NCBI GenBank assembly: GCA_964511305.1
Contig: CAZEEU010000003.1
Location: 13,410-77,409, forward strand
Direction: 5' to 3'
DNA: 64,000 bases
Source: an uncultured Gammaproteobacteria bacterium
GTDB taxonomy: Bacteria; Patescibacteriota; Microgenomatia; Levybacterales; GWA1-39-11
Position 1 is the stretch's first letter. Every line of letters begins with the position of its first letter. The notes beneath the pieces are model-generated. The model was not told the origin of the DNA, did no database searches, and was given only the letters and a program-made list of their open reading frames with translations. Below, piece after piece: positions 58,557 to 64,000 of the stretch. The translations under genes were made by a program, and so were the position numbers.

Positions 58557-59366
58557 ATGGTACTTCCCATCATTACTTCTGCCCCACATGACGCAGACAA
58601 CTTTGGTCCCTTCTCTTCCCGTGTAAAGTTGAGTCCTTGGCAACTAGGTGAATTTGCTGACAAATACACAGCTGTCACAGCGTACAATCACAACGCTTTA
58701 GGCAACGTAAAATCCCAAATCTCAAGAGGACTTGGAAGCCTCAATCAACCACGAGATCTGTCACTTTTCAAATTGAAAGACTTTCATGGGAACACCATTT
58801 GGAAAGATGGTGCAGAACTTACTGAAAAAGAAAAAGAAGAATGCTTTAGAACATATTACGACCCATACCACAATGAGATAGAACATCTTATTAAAAGATC
58901 CAGAACATTAGGTTTTGAAAGGGTGATTTTATGGGACCAACATGATACAGGAGACTTTGACGAGCTTACACAAAAGAGAGATCGCAAACTGCCAGGAGGA
59001 GAAAGAACTATGCCAAAATTTATCCTTTCCAATTTTGGGCTTGAAGATTCTGGTGAACTAGATCCAAACAATGGATTTACTTCGTGCTCTCCTGAATTTA
59101 TTCAAAAAATTAGGGACTATATTTCATATGAATTTGATCTTCCACATATAGAGGTAGAAATAAATACAATATTTAAAGGAGGCCACATAATACAACATTA
59201 TGGAAATCCCAAAAATGACTTTGGAAATACAGTAGTTGGAATTCAAATTGAATACAATAGAGGATTTATTATGGACCAACGTACAAGACTACCATACAAA
59301 GACAAGCTCAAAGAATTCAATGAAAAATTTAATCGGGTAATGGATAAGGCCTGCGAGCTAATTTAG
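58557..59366 (+). CDS. N-formylglutamate amidohydrolase family protein
   Basis: SAPH, SR...N, YY.PYH, D.H, N..FKGG.I...Y, IQIE.NR. Confidence 0.75.
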   Translation: MVLPIITSAPHDADNFGPFSSRVKLSPWQLGEFADKYTAVTAYNHNALGNVKSQISRGLGSLNQPRDLSLFKLKDFHGNTIWKDGAELTEKEKEECFRTYYDPYHNEIEHLIKRSRTLGFERVILWDQHDTGDFDELTQKRDRKLPGGERTMPKFILSNFGLEDSGELDPNNGFTSCSPEFIQKIRDYISYEFDLPHIEVEINTIFKGGHIIQHYGNPKNDFGNTVVGIQIEYNRGFIMDQRTRLPYKDKLKEFNEKFNRVMDKACELI

Positions 59367-60052
59367 TACTGCTTTTGACTAATAGGCGCGTAGACTCCGT
59401 TTTTCAAATCTCTTATTCCCTGGAGCTCTCTTTGTATAAATTCCCCCATTTCGGAAGATCGATATGCGTTGCTGATAGATGCTGAGAACCTTGGATCTCT
59501 GCGGATCATTAATTCCTCAGCACTCAGCACAAAAAGATCTACAGGCTCGTTTTGAAAAAGATGATATGCGTCCACAGTTGCCATAACGCGTGGAAGATGA
59601 AAAAAATTTGAAAGGAGTCCAATTTTTCTGCAGCTTAACATTTCGGAATGGTTCCCTATATATTCTTGAGCATCCTGAAGGTTACCTAGCGTGTTCCCGA
59701 TTTCCCCGATGGAAATTAGTGAATCCTTCGGGATATGATGTCTTTGTGAAGCAAATTGGGTGAATAATTCAGATCTTGACTGGGTACTACCCTTATCTGT
59801 GGTGAATTTCCCGCCGGTGATCAAGAACTTATTCGTTAATTTTTCATCTAACGCTTGCCTTACCCCTAGCGCACGCGTGCGTGCTCCCATGTATTTTATA
59901 CCGGCAGAATTTGATTCTCCATTTGGATAGATATAAGAACCATTATTATCTCTTGATATTCTTGATCCAAGAACAATAATTGCATCTAAAGGGAATTTTT
60001 CACTTTCTGGGGGTGATTCTAACTGGTAGAGACTACCGTACTCGCGTGCCAT
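59363..60052 (-). CDS. YdcF/DUF218 family protein
   Basis: AIIVLG, ITGG, NT..N, SN.FHLPR. Confidence 0.75.
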   Translation of the reverse strand: MAREYGSLYQLESPPESEKFPLDAIIVLGSRISRDNNGSYIYPNGESNSAGIKYMGARTRALGVRQALDEKLTNKFLITGGKFTTDKGSTQSRSELFTQFASQRHHIPKDSLISIGEIGNTLGNLQDAQEYIGNHSEMLSCRKIGLLSNFFHLPRVMATVDAYHLFQNEPVDLFVLSAEELMIRRDPRFSASISNAYRSSEMGEFIQRELQGIRDLKNGVYAPISQKQY

Positions 60053-60061
60053 GCCACAATT

Positions 60062-62479
60062 TTATCCTCTCCAATCGTCGCGCTTGCCACCTTCGTATGA
60101 TGGTTTTTTATCTACACTTGAACGTCTTCCAAAACTTCTTCCTCCAGCAGGTCTACTACTAGAACTTCTTGGTCCGCCAAATCCTCCCGAAGCACTTCTT
60201 CCGCCACCAAAATCACGTCTTGGTCCTCCTGATCCGCCTCTTGATCCACCAAATCCTCCACCGCTTCTTGGGGGTCCTCCACGGAATCCTCCACCTGAAC
60301 GGCCTCCACGATCTCCACCTCTGTCTCCTCCACGATCTCCGTTTCCTTCACTTCCTTCTGGTCTTTTTGATGGCTTATCGGCATCTTCTCCAAATTTCAT
60401 AGACAGATTAAGTCTTCCCATATCATCAATTTCCTTAACTCTAACTTTAACTTTTTGATCGAGCGCAACTACGTCTGCTGGGTCTTGAACATAGTCTGTA
60501 GACATTTCAGAGACATGAACAAGTCCTTCTTTACCTGGTAGAATTTCGACAAATGCACCAAAATTCATCATTCTTTTAACGGTTCCTTCATATTCCTCTC
60601 CTGGTTTTACTTCATGAGTAAGACCTTCTATCCATTCGACAGCTTTTCTAACTGCTTCCTCATCAACTGCTGAAATAGATACACTTCCATCATCTTCTAC
60701 ATCAACTTGAGCTCCAGTAGAAGCAATAATACTCTTTATCATCTTTCCACCAGGGCCAATTAATCCACCAATCTTTTCAGGATCAATCTTAACCATCTTT
60801 ATCTTTGGCGCAAACTCACTGACCTCTGCTCTTGATTCAGAGATTGCTTTCATCATGACCTTTAGAATTTCAAGTCGAGCCTTTTTAGCTCTCTCAAATA
60901 CCTCTGCGATCATGTCATCTGTAAGAGCGTCTTTCTTAACATCTAATTGGATTGCTGTAATTCCATCTTTTGTACCTGCAACTTTAAAATCCATATCCCC
61001 TGCAAAATCTTCAAGTCCGATAATATCGGTAAGAATTTTATATTTATCGTCAAGAGTCATAAGTCCGATAGCAATTCCTGCAACTGGATTTGTTATAGGC
61101 ACACCAGCATCCATAAGAGCTAAAGTTGATCCGCAGGCAGATGCCATCGATGTTGATCCATTGGATGAAAGAACTTCAGATACAACTCTTATTGCATATG
61201 GGAATACTTCAAGTGGAGGAAGAACAGCCTGGATTGCACGTTCTGCGAGTGCTCCATGACCAATCTCACGTCTATTTGGACTTCCAATTCTTCCTGTCTC
61301 ACCCACTGAGAAAGGAGGGAATGTGTAATGGTGCATGTATCTGTGAGTTTCTTCGCCATCCAGAGTCTCAACGAGCTGACTGAATGAAGATGCAGCAAGA
61401 GTTGCAATTGAAAGAACCTGAGTCTGACCTCTTGAGAAAAGAGCAGATCCATGGACTCTTGGAATATATCCAACAGATGCTGAGATATCTCTTACCTCAT
61501 CAATCTTACGTCCATCAAATCTCTTCTCTTTTTCAACAATATTTTCTCTGATAATTTTCTTGAAAACATAATCAACAGCCTCAAATATCTTTTTCTTGTC
61601 TATTGTTTCGCCTTCTTTCTTTCCTTTTGCCTCAGCCTCGGCAATAACTTCAACAATTTTCTGAAGATCTCCTGATACATTTTCTCCCAGTTCACCCTCT
61701 AGAACATCAACTATATTTTTCTTGTAAGTCTTTTCTACAAGCGTTACATAGTCTGCTTTTGCTTCATCCTTAACTAAATCAATTTTTGCAACTCCAATCT
61801 CTTTTGTTACTTCATTTATAAATTCAACAATCTTGCTTCCCCATTCTCTTGCCAATGTTACAGCGCTTAGAGCAACATCTTCTGGAGTTTGTAAGGCCCC
61901 AGCCTCAACCATGAGTGTATGTCCGGTCGAACTTGCAGTGAGAACCAAATCAAGAGAGAGTGAATTTGCAACATCTGGATTAGTTACAGGTGTATTTTTT
62001 TCGTCATCAGCAAGAACACCAACGCGCATAGCGCCAACAGGTCCGTTCCAGGGGATTTTTGAGAATGAGAGTGCTGCGCTTACAGCATTAATAGCGAGGA
62101 TGTCTGGGTCATTTACACCATCAACTGATAGAACATTAACAATAACCTGTACATCTTTCTTAAGCTCTTTTGGAAATAGAGGTCGGATTGATCGGTCAAT
62201 TAGTCTTCCGGTAAGAACAGCCTCGTCAGTTGGACGTCCTTCTCTCTTTACCCATCTTGATCCTTTGATTTTTCCACCAGCATATAAATGCTCTACGTAG
62301 TCAACTGAAAGAGGGAAATAATCAAGAGTAGTGTCATTTCGACCCATGCTTACTGTAGCAAGCAATGTTGTATCACCCATTCGAGCAAATACACTTGATG
62401 TAGCGAGCTGAGCGAGCTCACCCATTTCAAAAGTCATTGTTTTACCGTTTACGTCAAACGATTTTGAGATTTTTTTCAT
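60062..62479 (-). CDS. pnp: Polyribonucleotide nucleotidyltransferase
   Basis: RLIDRSIRPLF, RREIGHGALAE, SNGSTSMAS, GDMDFKVAG, KH and S1 domains. Confidence 0.98.
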   Translation of the reverse strand: MKKISKSFDVNGKTMTFEMGELAQLATSSVFARMGDTTLLATVSMGRNDTTLDYFPLSVDYVEHLYAGGKIKGSRWVKREGRPTDEAVLTGRLIDRSIRPLFPKELKKDVQVIVNVLSVDGVNDPDILAINAVSAALSFSKIPWNGPVGAMRVGVLADDEKNTPVTNPDVANSLSLDLVLTASSTGHTLMVEAGALQTPEDVALSAVTLAREWGSKIVEFINEVTKEIGVAKIDLVKDEAKADYVTLVEKTYKKNIVDVLEGELGENVSGDLQKIVEVIAEAEAKGKKEGETIDKKKIFEAVDYVFKKIIRENIVEKEKRFDGRKIDEVRDISASVGYIPRVHGSALFSRGQTQVLSIATLAASSFSQLVETLDGEETHRYMHHYTFPPFSVGETGRIGSPNRREIGHGALAERAIQAVLPPLEVFPYAIRVVSEVLSSNGSTSMASACGSTLALMDAGVPITNPVAGIAIGLMTLDDKYKILTDIIGLEDFAGDMDFKVAGTKDGITAIQLDVKKDALTDDMIAEVFERAKKARLEILKVMMKAISESRAEVSEFAPKIKMVKIDPEKIGGLIGPGGKMIKSIIASTGAQVDVEDDGSVSISAVDEEAVRKAVEWIEGLTHEVKPGEEYEGTVKRMMNFGAFVEILPGKEGLVHVSEMSTDYVQDPADVVALDQKVKVRVKEIDDMGRLNLSMKFGEDADKPSKRPEGSEGNGDRGGDRGGDRGGRSGGGFRGGPPRSGGGFGGSRGGSGGPRRDFGGGRSASGGFGGPRSSSSRPAGGRSFGRRSSVDKKPSYEGGKRDDWRG

Positions 62480-62582
62480 TTAATTTTTATACTTCCCCCA
62501 CCAACAAACAAGTAATTGTGGATTATTTAATACTACTTTGCGAGGTCAACATTCTTCGTTTCCGAAGTAAAGCAAGCTTCGC

Positions 62583-62852
62583 TTATTTTGCGAGGCCGAC
62601 TTTTTTTCCGATGCCTTCGGCACGGTTTTTGTCAACTTTTACAAGAAAATTAAAAAGTCTTCTTCTCTTTGATAACATATTTAAAAGTCCACGTCTACTG
62701 TGAAAGTCCTTTTGATGGATTTTCAAATGATCTGTCAATTTTGTAATCTTATGAGTAAGTAATGCGATCTGCACTTCAGGAGATCCAGTGTCCCCCTCAA
62801 TGACTGCATTATCCTTAATAATAACTGTTTTTTCGGTAGTTGTTAATGGCAT
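62583..62852 (-). CDS. rpsO: 30S ribosomal protein S15
   Basis: DTGSPEVQIALLT, H.KD.HSRRGLL; start moved to ATG 62852. Confidence 0.98.
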   Translation of the reverse strand: MPLTTTEKTVIIKDNAVIEGDTGSPEVQIALLTHKITKLTDHLKIHQKDFHSRRGLLNMLSKRRRLFNFLVKVDKNRAEGIGKKVGLAK

Positions 62853-62888
62853 GACAAGTATTTTAACAAATATGAACCTGGAATACAA

Positions 62889-64000
62889 CTAATTGTTGTT
62901 TTTGGAGCTTTTAAAGACCTTTGGCATTAACCAGTCGTCAGGTACTTCACTTGGAGATGGAGGATTATATTGCGTATCCTCAGGCATCTGATCATTCTGA
63001 ATAGGCGCATCTACCATCGGCTCATTCATACTCATTCTAGGCTCATTTACAAGTTGCGCTTCTTGAATTTGAGGCTCTTGGTATGGCTCTTCGTATGGCA
63101 TAGAATCTTGTATCACATCTCTATTAGACATTGGCATTGGATTATTCATGGGCTCTGGCATAGGGTTATTTACTGGTCTATTTTGTTGCTGTCTATTTTG
63201 ATTAAATTGCTGATTGCTTCCTGATCTACGAGCATTCTCCTCATTAATTTTTCTCATCAACTCCTCAATGTCTCTGGAATTTTGACCAAACTGTTGTTGT
63301 TGCTGTGGTCTTGGCTGCTGTTGCTGTCTATTTTGACCAAACTGTTGTTGTTGCTGTGGTCTTGGCTGCTGTTGTGTCGAATTTCTCTGTTGAGAATTAT
63401 GTCTAGGCTGTTGATTTCTGTTCTGCATATGAACTGCAGGGAAATCATTTTCAGCAACTCTTTGTTGTTGTCTATTTTGATTTTGAGCTGGTCTATCATG
63501 CTGCCTTCTGTCTTGTTGGATATTTGGTTGTTGTTGAACTTGTGATTGTGGCATCTTACCTTTCCTTTGAGCACCTACGTACATAGCGGCTGATGCAGCC
63601 TCAAAAGCGAGAGGTGAAGTGTTTGGCTTTGTGAAATTTCTTGTTGCAAACAACACTCCGTCAAGGATATTTTGAGCTGAATCTAAATCGGTAGGCAAAG
63701 AAAGGTCTTTAATTACTTTACCGATAATTTCTGATAAAGAAGAAAAGCTTTCATCAACAATTACAACATCTCCAAACCGGCTATTGCCTGAGAAGTTATC
63801 AATATTTACGATCTTGACACTATTTGGATCTGCAACTTGAGAGATTTCATCAATTGTTCCAACACCGATAGCAATAATTGCATTAGGTGCTCCCCCATCC
63901 CAAATCAACTTTACGTCTTTAAGATCAAAAGGAGTGATGCTCTTGCCTGGAGCAGCAGTTAAATGGAAATTAATGTTAGTTGGATTCTGAGGGTCTGGAT
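62889..64000 (-). CDS. DHH-phosphoesterase-like protein with Q/N-rich tail, 5' end outside the window
   Basis: Frame open to the window edge; IVNIDN...N..FG.V......SS.SE..A..L..G....T.NF pattern; tail ends DWLMPKVFK. Confidence 0.65.
   Translation of the reverse strand, partial: PDPQNPTNINFHLTAAPGKSITPFDLKDVKLIWDGGAPNAIIAIGVGTIDEISQVADPNSVKIVNIDNFSGNSRFGDVVIVDESFSSLSEIIGKVIKDLSLPTDLDSAQNILDGVLFATRNFTKPNTSPLAFEAASAAMYVGAQRKGKMPQSQVQQQPNIQQDRRQHDRPAQNQNRQQQRVAENDFPAVHMQNRNQQPRHNSQQRNSTQQQPRPQQQQQFGQNRQQQQPRPQQQQQFGQNSRDIEELMRKINEENARRSGSNQQFNQNRQQQNRPVNNPMPEPMNNPMPMSNRDVIQDSMPYEEPYQEPQIQEAQLVNEPRMSMNEPMVDAPIQNDQMPEDTQYNPPSPSEVPDDWLMPKVFKSSKNNN
63279..63374. repeat. 45-bp direct repeat with 51-bp period (QQQPRPQQQQQFGQN)
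   Basis: Identical copies at 63279 and 63330. Confidence 0.9.

Noticed and set aside
60051-60458. Pro-rich plus-strand ORF
   Set aside because: Antisense shadow of the PNPase RGG tail.
1-64000. Alternative genetic code (UGA recoding), introns or inteins
   Set aside because: Long conserved genes translate uninterrupted in code 11, TGA is used as a stop (e.g. pyrF), and no intein or intron signatures are visible in rpoB, rpoC or fusA.

Overview
AT-rich, very compact bacterial chromosome segment with a strong minus-strand gene bias. The gene set (short AlaRS, protease-less Lon, baseplate-J-like membrane protein, sortase, AMP-phosphorylase-type enzyme, ATP-citrate lyase, many orphans) points to a Patescibacteria/CPR genome, probably Microgenomates; this is inference, not a database result. 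Housekeeping genes include rpoB-rpoC-rpsL-rpsG, a detached fusA, guaA, murB, alaS, pyrFE, ftsK, rnj, pnp and rpsO. I found no rRNA, tRNA, CRISPR array, transposase or integrase. Most notable: (1) about 20 genes have a (TGn)TAnnnT box 5-9 nt before the ATG, implying leaderless mRNAs; (2) clusters of GNA mini-hairpins coincide with short local duplications; (3) terminator-like hairpins sit in the fusA, rpoB and pyrF leaders; (4) a ClpP/SDH-type protease is paired with an unannotated 59-aa ORF; (5) several orphans have structure visible by eye (kinase-like fold, a tandem paralog pair, a degenerate NTPase-wHTH regulator with direct-repeat boxes). Where a better start codon was evident I report it instead of the ORF-track start.
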